A stretch of DNA of 33,394 nucleotides from a virus (Duplodnaviria > Caudoviricetes): positions 1 through 33,394 of IMG/VR virus record IMGVR_UViG_3300017784_001197; one strand, written 5' to 3'. The notes below the pieces were generated by a model that saw only the letters and a program-made list of their open reading frames with translations, searched no databases and was not told the origin of the DNA. A program made the translations under genes and the position numbers. Numbering within the stretch: the first letter of the stretch is position 1; the number at the start of each line of letters is the position of its first letter. Below, one piece after another: positions 1 to 7,647 of this stretch.

Positions 1-141
1 GATGGCTACCACTTGTATGAGGTGTTCGACAACCAAGAGTCAGACGAGATGCACACAAGAGTCAAGTCTAAAGAAGTAAAGGACATCCTTAGTTTCATAT
101 GGAGATATGAAGCAGACAAACTATTTAACAAAAACAAATGA
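1..141 (+). CDS. Hypothetical protein, 3' end (5'-truncated by the window)
   Basis: Frame 1 is open from base 1 (DGYHLYEVFDNQ...KLFNKNK) to TGA 139-141, which overlaps the next ATG (ATGA coupling). Confidence 0.65.
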   Translation, partial: DGYHLYEVFDNQESDEMHTRVKSKEVKDILSFIWRYEADKLFNKNK

Positions 142-461
142 AGAAAATATTATTTAATCAATTCGTGGAGAGGGTCGCCAAGACTTTCTCCATGAGAGAT
201 CCCGAAGCGATGTTCATTAGAACAAAGAGACAAGACGTAGTTGATGCAAGGCAATTGCTTTGCTACCTATGTAGCGAAAGAGACATATCACTTGCCGACA
301 TCAGAAGGCTAATGGAAGACAGGGGGTTGCCACTGAAGTACCCGGCAGTTGTTAATGGTATTAAAAAAATCAAAGAAAAGGTTGAGTCAGATCCAGACTA
401 TAAATTTTTAGTTGATATGATACAAAAATCAGTGGGCTTTGAACTAGAAAAAACAATTTAA
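138..461 (+). CDS. Stand-alone DnaA C-terminal (domain IV) helix-turn-helix-like DNA-binding protein
   Basis: RTKRQDVVDARQLLCYLCSERDISLADI...VVNGIKKIKEKVESDPDY parallels the DnaA domain IV pattern (R.r.iv.aRqiamYL.re...Sl..Ig...v.ha.kki...l..D). At 107 aa it has no AAA+ domain. Confidence 0.72.
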   Translation: MKKILFNQFVERVAKTFSMRDPEAMFIRTKRQDVVDARQLLCYLCSERDISLADIRRLMEDRGLPLKYPAVVNGIKKIKEKVESDPDYKFLVDMIQKSVGFELEKTI

Positions 462-472
462 TCAAATCTAAT

Positions 473-1162
473 ATGTCAGAAAAAACAAAATCAGTATTCG
501 AAACATTGAGCGCTATCAATGTGAACGACAAGGTCGAAAAGAAAAGTGGATTGACCTACCTCTCATGGGCTTGGGCTTGGGGCGAAGTAAAGAAAGTTTA
601 CCCCGATGCAGTCTATCAAGTTCTTCAAGATGCATCAACACTAAAGCCATACTTCTTCGATGAGGTTCTTGGATACATGGTGATGACCAATGTAACTATC
701 CAAGGGCAGACGCTTGAGATGTGGCTACCAGTTATGGATGGTGCCAACAAAGCCATGAAGGCTGAGGCTTACTCCTATGCCACTCGCTATGGCGACAAGT
801 CAGTTGAGCAGGCGAGCATGTTCGACATCAACAAGACCTTGATGCGTTGCTTGGTTAAGAACCTTGCCATGTTTGGTCTTGGTCACTACATCTTTGCCGG
901 TGAGGATCTGCCCGAGTCAGAGTCAGATGCCATCGCTAACACAACAAGTAAGCCAATGGTGAAAGGCGCGGCGCCAAAGACTGAGGCTGCCACCAAGCCA
1001 CAACTCAAGAAGGACACCGAAGATTGGGGTAAAGTTGTCAAGTGGATCGGAGAAAATAAAGACAAGAGCATCGAGGATGTAGAGAAGATTTTAAAAGCAC
1101 GCTTTACAATCGCTCCTGCTGCGTTAAAAGAACTCGGGTTAATACTTGGTACCAATGGATAG
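473..1162 (+). CDS. Sak3/DUF1071-family single-strand annealing protein (phage recombinase)
   Basis: N-terminal VFETLSAINVNDKVEKKSGLTYLSWAWAW, MWLPVMDGANKAM and INKTLMRCLVKNLAMFGLGHYIFAGEDLP are characteristic of DUF1071/Sak3. It is followed by an exonuclease gene. Confidence 0.85.
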   Translation: MSEKTKSVFETLSAINVNDKVEKKSGLTYLSWAWAWGEVKKVYPDAVYQVLQDASTLKPYFFDEVLGYMVMTNVTIQGQTLEMWLPVMDGANKAMKAEAYSYATRYGDKSVEQASMFDINKTLMRCLVKNLAMFGLGHYIFAGEDLPESESDAIANTTSKPMVKGAAPKTEAATKPQLKKDTEDWGKVVKWIGENKDKSIEDVEKILKARFTIAPAALKELGLILGTNG

Positions 1163-1892
1163 GTTAGAGGTTCTTAAATCGCTTAAAAACGACCAAGAAT
1201 ACTATACTGGGATAGGCAAACAGTTCCTGTCAAACTCAGATGTAGGAACTTTGCTGAATAATCCTACCTCTTTTGGTACATTCCGAAAGGATGGTAAAGC
1301 CTTCGCTGAAGGGCGCTTATTCCATCAGTTGTTACTCGAGCCAGAGAAGGCAGTTGACTTCCCGGTCTGCGACACATCAACACGGACCACGAAAGAGTAC
1401 AAGGCTTTCATCCAAGAGTTGGGTGTTGACTTCTGCATGCTAACCAAAGAGGTTGCCGAAGTGAACCGATGGGTGGATGCCGTCCGTCAGAACTATTCGT
1501 TCTACGAATTGATCTACGGTGATGGCAATCAGTACGAGGTGCCCGAGATTACCACCTTCCATGATTTACCATGGAAGGGCAAGGCTGACATCGTCACTCC
1601 AGAATTTGTTGTCGACTTGAAGACCACCGGTGACATCAACAAGTTCAAGTACTCGGCCCGTGCCTACAACTACGACAGCCAATGCTACATCTACCAACAG
1701 TTGTTCGGTAAGCCATTGGTATTCCTTGTCGTGGACAAAGAGACCTGTCAGTTGGGTATGTATAGACCATCGACAGAGTTCGTAGAATACGGAGCGCAGA
1801 AAGTAGAGAGAGCATCTCAAGTATACCAACGATACTTCGGGCAGAATGCCACGGAGGATATCATCAACCATTACATTAACGAAACACTATAA
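1155..1892 (+). CDS. PD-(D/E)XK exonuclease, RecE/exonuclease VIII-like (DUF3799-type)
   Basis: LSNSDV, GRLFHQLLLEP, KGKADIV...VVDLKTT and YNYDSQCYIYQ motifs. ATG 1155 overlaps the upstream stop and is preferred over TTG 1146. Confidence 0.8.
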   Translation: MDRLEVLKSLKNDQEYYTGIGKQFLSNSDVGTLLNNPTSFGTFRKDGKAFAEGRLFHQLLLEPEKAVDFPVCDTSTRTTKEYKAFIQELGVDFCMLTKEVAEVNRWVDAVRQNYSFYELIYGDGNQYEVPEITTFHDLPWKGKADIVTPEFVVDLKTTGDINKFKYSARAYNYDSQCYIYQQLFGKPLVFLVVDKETCQLGMYRPSTEFVEYGAQKVERASQVYQRYFGQNATEDIINHYINETL

Positions 1893-1898
1893 AAAATT

Positions 1899-2228
1899 AT
1901 GTCACAAGAAAAAGTACTTGCAGACGGCTTCTCTTTCAAGAGAAATGAGAATGCCCCCGATTTCGTAGTTGGAAGACTCGCTATCAAAGTTGAAGACGCG
2001 GTAGCGTTCATGAAAGAAAACCAAAAGAATGGATGGGTCAACATCTCCATCAAGTACGGCAGAAGTGGTAACCCATACTGCGAACTAGACAACTTTGAAC
2101 CATCGTCCATGTCGAAAAATGGTGGAGATATGTTGAAAAATGGTCAGAATATGTCGAAAAATGATGATTCCATGTTGAAAAAGACCACCGTAAATGAGGT
2201 TGATTTGAATGACGAATTGCCGTTCTAG
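1899..2228 (+). CDS. Putative single-stranded DNA-binding protein
   Basis: Small beta-rich N-terminus, low-complexity linker and acidic tail ending DLNDELPF (SSB-type C-terminus). Located after the SSAP and exonuclease genes. Confidence 0.6.
   Translation: MSQEKVLADGFSFKRNENAPDFVVGRLAIKVEDAVAFMKENQKNGWVNISIKYGRSGNPYCELDNFEPSSMSKNGGDMLKNGQNMSKNDDSMLKKTTVNEVDLNDELPF
2109..2182 (+). repeat. Four tandem 21-bp-period repeats with core ATGTYGAAAAA (iteron-like)
   Basis: Cores start at 2109, 2130, 2151 and 2172 (atgtcgaaaaa, atgttgaaaaa, atgtcgaaaaa, atgttgaaaaa) and encode MSKN/MLKN/MSKN/MLKK. Confidence 0.92.
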
Positions 2229-2247
2229 ACCAACAAACACTGGGACT

Positions 2248-2271
2248 AAGGGGAGTTCGCTCCCCTTTTTT
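2248..2271 (+). terminator. Rho-independent terminator
   Basis: AAGGGGAG-TTCG-CTCCCCTT hairpin running into a T tract, about 20 nt after the SSB-like stop codon. Confidence 0.88.
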
Positions 2272-2283
2272 GTCTCCAATTGC

Positions 2284-2483
2284 ATGTTGAATATGTTGAT
2301 TTTTTTCCCCTATTTCTTTACTTAATCTCTATTCTCTTTTATTTTTTTTTTTTTATTTCAAAAAGGGGTTAAAATCAACATTTTCAACATATTTATAGTT
2401 AAGTAATTAATAATCAATCAGTTATGAGATTCATTTTCAACATAATTTTCAACATGAATATGTTGAAATCAACATAAATCACC
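2284..2483. promoter_or_regulatory. Putative replication origin: inverted repeat, AT-rich tract and multiple TCAACAT boxes
   Basis: ATGTTGA at 2284, 2293 and 2460; TCAACAT at 2375, 2384, 2437, 2449 and 2469. Arms 2284-2303 and 2371-2390 are inverted repeats (19/20 match) around a T-rich tract. It is the largest intergenic gap and lies just before the primase-helicase. Confidence 0.65.
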
Positions 2484-4892
2484 ATGAATGTAACAATTTT
2501 TCAAAATATCAAAGACACTTCGACTCCATTTCATCGTGATGTGATGGATATTTTACAACGGGTCAAGGACGGATCGAGCAAAGACTTGGTCAAGAAGATT
2601 CGTTCGGAGAAGAACAAGACAGAGCGGAATGAATTGAAGAAACTTCTGCCTGCCATATGTTTCTCCGGCACCTTTAATAAAAGGAATGACAGCGCATTGA
2701 TTGAGCATAGTGGTTTAATGTGCTTGGACTTTGATGGCTACGAGAAGCAGAAGACATTGCTTGAGGATAAGGAGAACTTATCCAAGAACAAGTTTGTCTA
2801 TTCGGTATTCGTCAGCCCATCGGGCAATGGCTTAAAGGTATTGGTCAAGATACCAACCGATGCTGAGAACCATCAGAACTATTTCAATAGCCTTGAGAAG
2901 CACTTCAATTCAGTCTACTTCGACAAGACATCTAAGAACATCTCTCGTGTATGCTACGAGTCTTACGATCCATTGATACACATCAATGAGAACTCATCTA
3001 TATGGGACAAAATAGAAGACGCTGAGTACCGCGAGGTGCAGCGCAATGTAGATGGGCCGACCATTACCATCACCGACGAGAACAAGATCGTGGACATCCT
3101 CATCAAGTGGTGGGCTAAGAAGTATCCAATGAGTGAGGGTCAGCGCAATCACAATGCGTATATACTAGCCATGACATTGAACGACTTCGGTATCAACCGG
3201 AGCCTAGCATCCTATGTCCTAAACCAATACGCTACCGCTGACTTCCCGCTTTCTGAGATACAGCGCACCATCGACTCTGCTTATGTGAACAAGCAGAACT
3301 TCGGAACCAAGGCATACCAAGACGAGGAGCGTATGAATCAGATACGTGCCAAGATAAGGAGGGGTGTACCAAAAAAAGAGATTCGCTTCCAACTACAGGA
3401 CTCCAACTTGGATAGCGAAGTAATCGAGTCAGTACTTACCAAGATCGAGGAAGAGAATTCCAAGCAAACATTTTGGGCAAAGACTGACAAGGGAGCCATT
3501 AAAATTATTCACATACAATTCAAGAAGTTCTTGGAAGACTCGGGCTTCTACAAGTATTGCCCAGAGGGTAGCAAGAACTATGTGTTCGTCAAGGTCACCA
3601 ACAACTTGATTGACCACGCATCAGAGAAGGAGATCAAGGACTTTGTTCTCACCTATCTGATTGACTTGGATGACATATCAGTATACAATTACTTCGCCGA
3701 CAACACGCGATTCTTTAAGGAGGAGTTCTTGTCGCTTCTATCCACCATCGACATCTACTTCATCGAGGACTCGAAGGACACAGCGTACTTGTACTACCGC
3801 AACTGCGCGGTCAAGATAACAAGCAAGGATGTATCGTCGATTGATTACTTGGACTTGGGTGGTTACGTTTGGAAAGACCACGTGATTGACCGCATCTTCA
3901 CCTTGTGTGAGGTGAGAGCGAGTTGCTATTACAACCGGTTCATTAAGAACATCTGCGCTCAAGATATGTCAAGGGTTCAGTCTATGCAGTCCACCATTGG
4001 GTTTATGATGCACGCACACAAGAGTCTATCGTTCTGCCCTGCTGTGATATTGAACGACGAGGTAATCAGCGACAACCCAGAGGGTGGTACGGGCAAGGGG
4101 TTGTTTATGAATGCACTCGGTCAGATGAAGAAGGTGGTAACCATTGATGGTAAGTCGTTCACGTTCGAGCGGTCGTTTGCCTATCAGTTGGTTTCTGCTG
4201 ACACGCAGATACTAGTGTTCGATGATGTCAAAAAATACTTTGACTTCGAGCGGTTGTTCTCATTGATAACAGAGGGTCTAACGCTAGAGAAGAAGAATAA
4301 GGATGCCATCAAGATACCATTCAACAAGTCACCGAAGATTGCCATCACCACCAACTACGCCATCAAAGGTGCGGGTAATTCGTTTGCCCGTAGGAAGTGG
4401 GAGTTAGAACTGCATCAGCACTACAACAAAAACTTGAGCCCATTGGATGATTTCGGTAAGTTGATGTTCAGTGATTGGAATGACGACGAGTGGTGTGAGT
4501 TTGACAACTATATGATAGGATGCGTCAAGTCATACCTAGCCACCGGCCTAGTCAAGAGTAAGTTCGTCAACCTAAAGATACGGCAGTTGTCTGCTGAGAC
4601 TTGCCACGACTTCATCGAGTGGTGTGGTCTAATAGACCATCAAGAGAACCGGTTCCTAGAACACGGAAAAAGATTAAGGCTGAATGATTTGTACGAGGAC
4701 TTTGTAGATAACTACCCCGACTACGGCCCTCGCTCACGCATGACTGTGTCTCGGCAGAAGTTTTGGAAGTGGATTGTTTCCTATGCCATGTACACATCCT
4801 CCCGCGCTCCCGAAGAAGGTAGGGATATGATTGGCAAATGGCTAGTACTTAAACCAAAGGAGGTGCAATATGATGACGGAGTTGATCAATAG
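2484..4892 (+). CDS. Primase-helicase: VirE-N/BT4734-like N-terminal domain, PriCT-like domain and C-terminal P-loop (SF3/D5-like) helicase
   Basis: KKLLPAICFSGTF...HSGLMCLDFD...FVSPSGNGLKVLV (BT4734-like), GQRNHNAYILA (PriCT-like), Walker A GGTGKGLF, Walker B ILVFDD and motif C ITTNY. Confidence 0.85.
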   Translation: MNVTIFQNIKDTSTPFHRDVMDILQRVKDGSSKDLVKKIRSEKNKTERNELKKLLPAICFSGTFNKRNDSALIEHSGLMCLDFDGYEKQKTLLEDKENLSKNKFVYSVFVSPSGNGLKVLVKIPTDAENHQNYFNSLEKHFNSVYFDKTSKNISRVCYESYDPLIHINENSSIWDKIEDAEYREVQRNVDGPTITITDENKIVDILIKWWAKKYPMSEGQRNHNAYILAMTLNDFGINRSLASYVLNQYATADFPLSEIQRTIDSAYVNKQNFGTKAYQDEERMNQIRAKIRRGVPKKEIRFQLQDSNLDSEVIESVLTKIEEENSKQTFWAKTDKGAIKIIHIQFKKFLEDSGFYKYCPEGSKNYVFVKVTNNLIDHASEKEIKDFVLTYLIDLDDISVYNYFADNTRFFKEEFLSLLSTIDIYFIEDSKDTAYLYYRNCAVKITSKDVSSIDYLDLGGYVWKDHVIDRIFTLCEVRASCYYNRFIKNICAQDMSRVQSMQSTIGFMMHAHKSLSFCPAVILNDEVISDNPEGGTGKGLFMNALGQMKKVVTIDGKSFTFERSFAYQLVSADTQILVFDDVKKYFDFERLFSLITEGLTLEKKNKDAIKIPFNKSPKIAITTNYAIKGAGNSFARRKWELELHQHYNKNLSPLDDFGKLMFSDWNDDEWCEFDNYMIGCVKSYLATGLVKSKFVNLKIRQLSAETCHDFIEWCGLIDHQENRFLEHGKRLRLNDLYEDFVDNYPDYGPRSRMTVSRQKFWKWIVSYAMYTSSRAPEEGRDMIGKWLVLKPKEVQYDDGVDQ

Positions 4893-6321
4893 GATCCCCG
4901 GCTTCAGTGACATGGACATGTATCTGTGGTGTAAGAAACTGCAAGAGGCGTGCGAGTCTACGATAGTGCACAAGAAGAAGACAAAGGATGGCGTAGTAGA
5001 TACCATCGAGCGTATGTTCGAGACCAATGATCCAGTTGAAAATAGAATAAGTAATAGCATGAAATTTTATTTAGAAAAAATGCAAAAAGGAAAAATTGAA
5101 TTTAGAGATTACCAAATAGATATCATGGAAAAAGGAGTCGAGTGTCTTCAAAGACACCGGTTCCTTTACTTAGCCATGGAGGTGAGGACAGGCAAGACGC
5201 TGACATCTCTTGGTATCTGCGATAAGGTGGGAGTAAAGCGCGTGCTGTTCGTCACCAAGAAGAAAGCCATCTCTTCCATCGAGCAGGATTACATTATGCT
5301 AGGGCCGGGCTTTGAGATTGACGTGATCAATTACGAGAGCCTCCATACTATCGATAATAAGTGGGACGTGGTGATACTAGATGAGGCGCACTCACTGGGT
5401 GCATTTCCTAAGCCAAGTGGACGGGCTGAGTTGGCCGGTCAGATCATTGCTAGGCAGAAGCCAATGGTGATACTGCTGTCGGGTACGCCAACGCCGGAGT
5501 CTTACTGCCAAATGTACCACCAAGTGTATGCCATCCCCGGCAATCCTTTCTCTGGGTTCAAGAACTTCTACCGGTTCGCTGAGGAGTACGCTGACATCAA
5601 GATGAAGAAAGTGAACAGCCTTTTCATCAAGGACTACAGCCACGGCAAAGAGAAGATCCTTGAGGCCATCAAGCCATACACGATCAACTACACGCAGAAG
5701 GAGGCAGGCTTCGTTGTAGACACCACCGAGGAGATACTTGAGGTAGAGATGAAGCCATCAACCTATAAGATGATTGATAGGCTCAAGAGAGACCTAGTGA
5801 TTGAGGGTAAGGACGAGGTGATACTAGCAGATACATCGGTCAAGTTGATGACCAAGATGCATCAGATGTACAGTGGCACTGTGAAGTTTGAGAGTGGGAA
5901 GTCCATGATCATCGACACGAGCAAGGCTGAGTTCATCAAAGAGAACTTCGAGGGCTGCAAGATTGGTATATTCTACAAGTTCAAGGAGGAGTTGGAGTCG
6001 CTCAAGCAGATCTTCGGTGATGAGTTGACTACTGACTTGGACGAGTTCAATACCACATGGAAGAACATCGCGCTTCAGATTGTGTCTGGACGTGAAGGTA
6101 TCTCACTAATGAAGGCGCAGTACTTGGTGTACTACAACATTGACTTCAGTGCTACCAGTTATTGGCAGAGCCGAGACCGGATGACAACGAGAGACCGATT
6201 GAAGAACCAAGTGTACTGGGTCTTCGCCAAAGATGGCATCGAGAAAAAAATATATCAAGCAGTGAGTGATAAAAAAGACTACACTATTAACCATTTCAAA
6301 AAAGATTTATTTAGTTTGTAA
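4870..6321 (+). CDS. SF2 (SNF2-like) DEAH helicase with N-terminal extension; alternative starts at 5059/5080
   Basis: Q-motif FRDYQ, Walker A MEVRTGKT, INYESL, VILDEAH, LSGTPTPE, SGREGISL and motif VI QSRDRM. Confidence 0.88.
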   Translation: MMTELINRIPGFSDMDMYLWCKKLQEACESTIVHKKKTKDGVVDTIERMFETNDPVENRISNSMKFYLEKMQKGKIEFRDYQIDIMEKGVECLQRHRFLYLAMEVRTGKTLTSLGICDKVGVKRVLFVTKKKAISSIEQDYIMLGPGFEIDVINYESLHTIDNKWDVVILDEAHSLGAFPKPSGRAELAGQIIARQKPMVILLSGTPTPESYCQMYHQVYAIPGNPFSGFKNFYRFAEEYADIKMKKVNSLFIKDYSHGKEKILEAIKPYTINYTQKEAGFVVDTTEEILEVEMKPSTYKMIDRLKRDLVIEGKDEVILADTSVKLMTKMHQMYSGTVKFESGKSMIIDTSKAEFIKENFEGCKIGIFYKFKEELESLKQIFGDELTTDLDEFNTTWKNIALQIVSGREGISLMKAQYLVYYNIDFSATSYWQSRDRMTTRDRLKNQVYWVFAKDGIEKKIYQAVSDKKDYTINHFKKDLFSL

Positions 6322-6326
6322 AAAAT

Positions 6327-6524
6327 ATGGAGAACATTGAATACAATAAAGCACGAGTGATCCAAGCGATGGTCAATGAGGTTATCGAGTGGAGGATCTA
6401 CTATGAGCAAGAACTTATCGCTAGGTTCGCGCAGTACAATCAAGCGACTAGCTTCGCTGATTACCTAAACAAGAAAGACAATGAAACAAACGACGGCCCA
6501 GTTAATTCTAAACAAGTTCGATGA
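6327..6524 (+). CDS. Hypothetical protein (65 aa)
   Basis: ATG after an A-rich spacer, 5 nt after the helicase stop. Fits the operon tiling. Confidence 0.65.
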   Translation: MENIEYNKARVIQAMVNEVIEWRIYYEQELIARFAQYNQATSFADYLNKKDNETNDGPVNSKQVR

Positions 6525-6846
6525 ACTTAGATGGATAGAGTTTTGCATTTGGCTTAATGACAACCGCGAGATAGTGGCCAAACATAATAAGGATGATATC
6601 GAATACTCACACTTCAATGGAGCGTTGAAGTCTCAGTCGTCTGCTGATTATTTCCGCAGCACATACAACCCATACCTAGATAAAGTGATCATCACGAGGG
6701 TATGGAGTAGTGATAGTTGGCTTAATAGATTGATTCATAATAAGAAAGTTATCGGAGATTTTAGTAGTTTTGAAGAAGCGATGCATTTCGTGGAATCAAA
6801 TTATGACCGAGCAACAGATACAATCAAAGAGAATCAAACAACTTGA
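6481..6846 (+). CDS. Hypothetical protein (121 aa)
   Basis: ATG in A-rich context. Fills the gap between neighbours with short overlaps. Confidence 0.65.
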   Translation: MKQTTAQLILNKFDELRWIEFCIWLNDNREIVAKHNKDDIEYSHFNGALKSQSSADYFRSTYNPYLDKVIITRVWSSDSWLNRLIHNKKVIGDFSSFEEAMHFVESNYDRATDTIKENQTT

Positions 6847-7249
6847 GCAAGACGGCTACTACGTAATCAAATTAATTAAGACCAATAAGAATGGCATCCC
6901 CGACCTTGTCGCTATACCACCAAGAACTAAAGTCCTATTCAGTGAAGTCAAGACTCCGACCGGAAGATTGTCTAAACTTCAGGAGTACAGAATAAAGGAA
7001 CTCAAAGAGCATGGCATTAGGACAGAAGTATATCGAGGATTAACAGACGAAGACATGGATCCTCAAAGGAAAAAAGAATCTGACAGAGCCGAGCGAATAC
7101 TCTTCAACATCGAGGAGTGCCAAGAGTTACTCACCAATTTGTACGAAGGTTTGGTTGACAGAGAGTACGACGGCGCCATCATCAATGCACAGCAGGTGAT
7201 TATAGAAATGAAAAATTTAATCAAATCAATATCAGACGATGATTTCTAA
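6803..7249 (+). CDS. VRR-NUC domain nuclease with C-terminal helical extension
   Basis: MTEQQIQSKRIKQLE...NGIPDLVAI...FSEVKTPTGRLSKLQEYRIKEL is the VRR-NUC pattern (E...PD...EVK...G.LS..Q). ATG 6803 is preferred over TTG 6770. Confidence 0.85.
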   Translation: MTEQQIQSKRIKQLEQDGYYVIKLIKTNKNGIPDLVAIPPRTKVLFSEVKTPTGRLSKLQEYRIKELKEHGIRTEVYRGLTDEDMDPQRKKESDRAERILFNIEECQELLTNLYEGLVDREYDGAIINAQQVIIEMKNLIKSISDDDF

Positions 7250-7646
7250 CGAAGAAACTCAGAAGAAAAAACACAAAGCAATCGAGACATTCATATCAAC
7301 ATTCGGAGGCAGTTACCATGCGCAGACGAAGGGCGATATCGACTACAAGATATCCAAAGATGGAGAGTTGATTGCTTACATGGAGGTTGCCATCCGCAAC
7401 AAGACCATAGCCACCGCGTACCCGTTGATTGTGCCGGCTGCGAGGATAGTTAAGTTGGCTGACAAAAGATTAAACCCAGTACTTATGTGGGCGTGCGATG
7501 ATGGTATCATCTATGCTAGACTGAAAGATGTGGAGGCCCAAATAAAATGGGGGAGCATCCTCCCCCATCTTGATCTTGCCGAACACGGAGAACTAATGTG
7601 TTACTATGCAAAACAAAAGCACTTCAAATATATAAAATATTCTTGA
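7239..7646 (+). CDS. Hypothetical protein, possible PD-(D/E)XK-like fold
   Basis: DIDYKISKDGELIAYMEVAIRNK resembles the D-x(n)-E-x-K core, but has Ala at the Lys position. Last gene of the + arm. Confidence 0.55.
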   Translation: MISNEETQKKKHKAIETFISTFGGSYHAQTKGDIDYKISKDGELIAYMEVAIRNKTIATAYPLIVPAARIVKLADKRLNPVLMWACDDGIIYARLKDVEAQIKWGSILPHLDLAEHGELMCYYAKQKHFKYIKYS

Positions 7647-7647
7647 G

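Noticed and set aside
2109-2182. Mini CRISPR array
   Set aside because: The 11-bp cores with 10-bp spacers are far too short, the array lies in frame within a gene, and no cas genes are present.
6311-6318. Promoter element TTAGTTTG before the 65-aa ORF
   Set aside because: It deviates from TAnnTTTG at the conserved A and overlaps the helicase coding end, so it is too weak to call.
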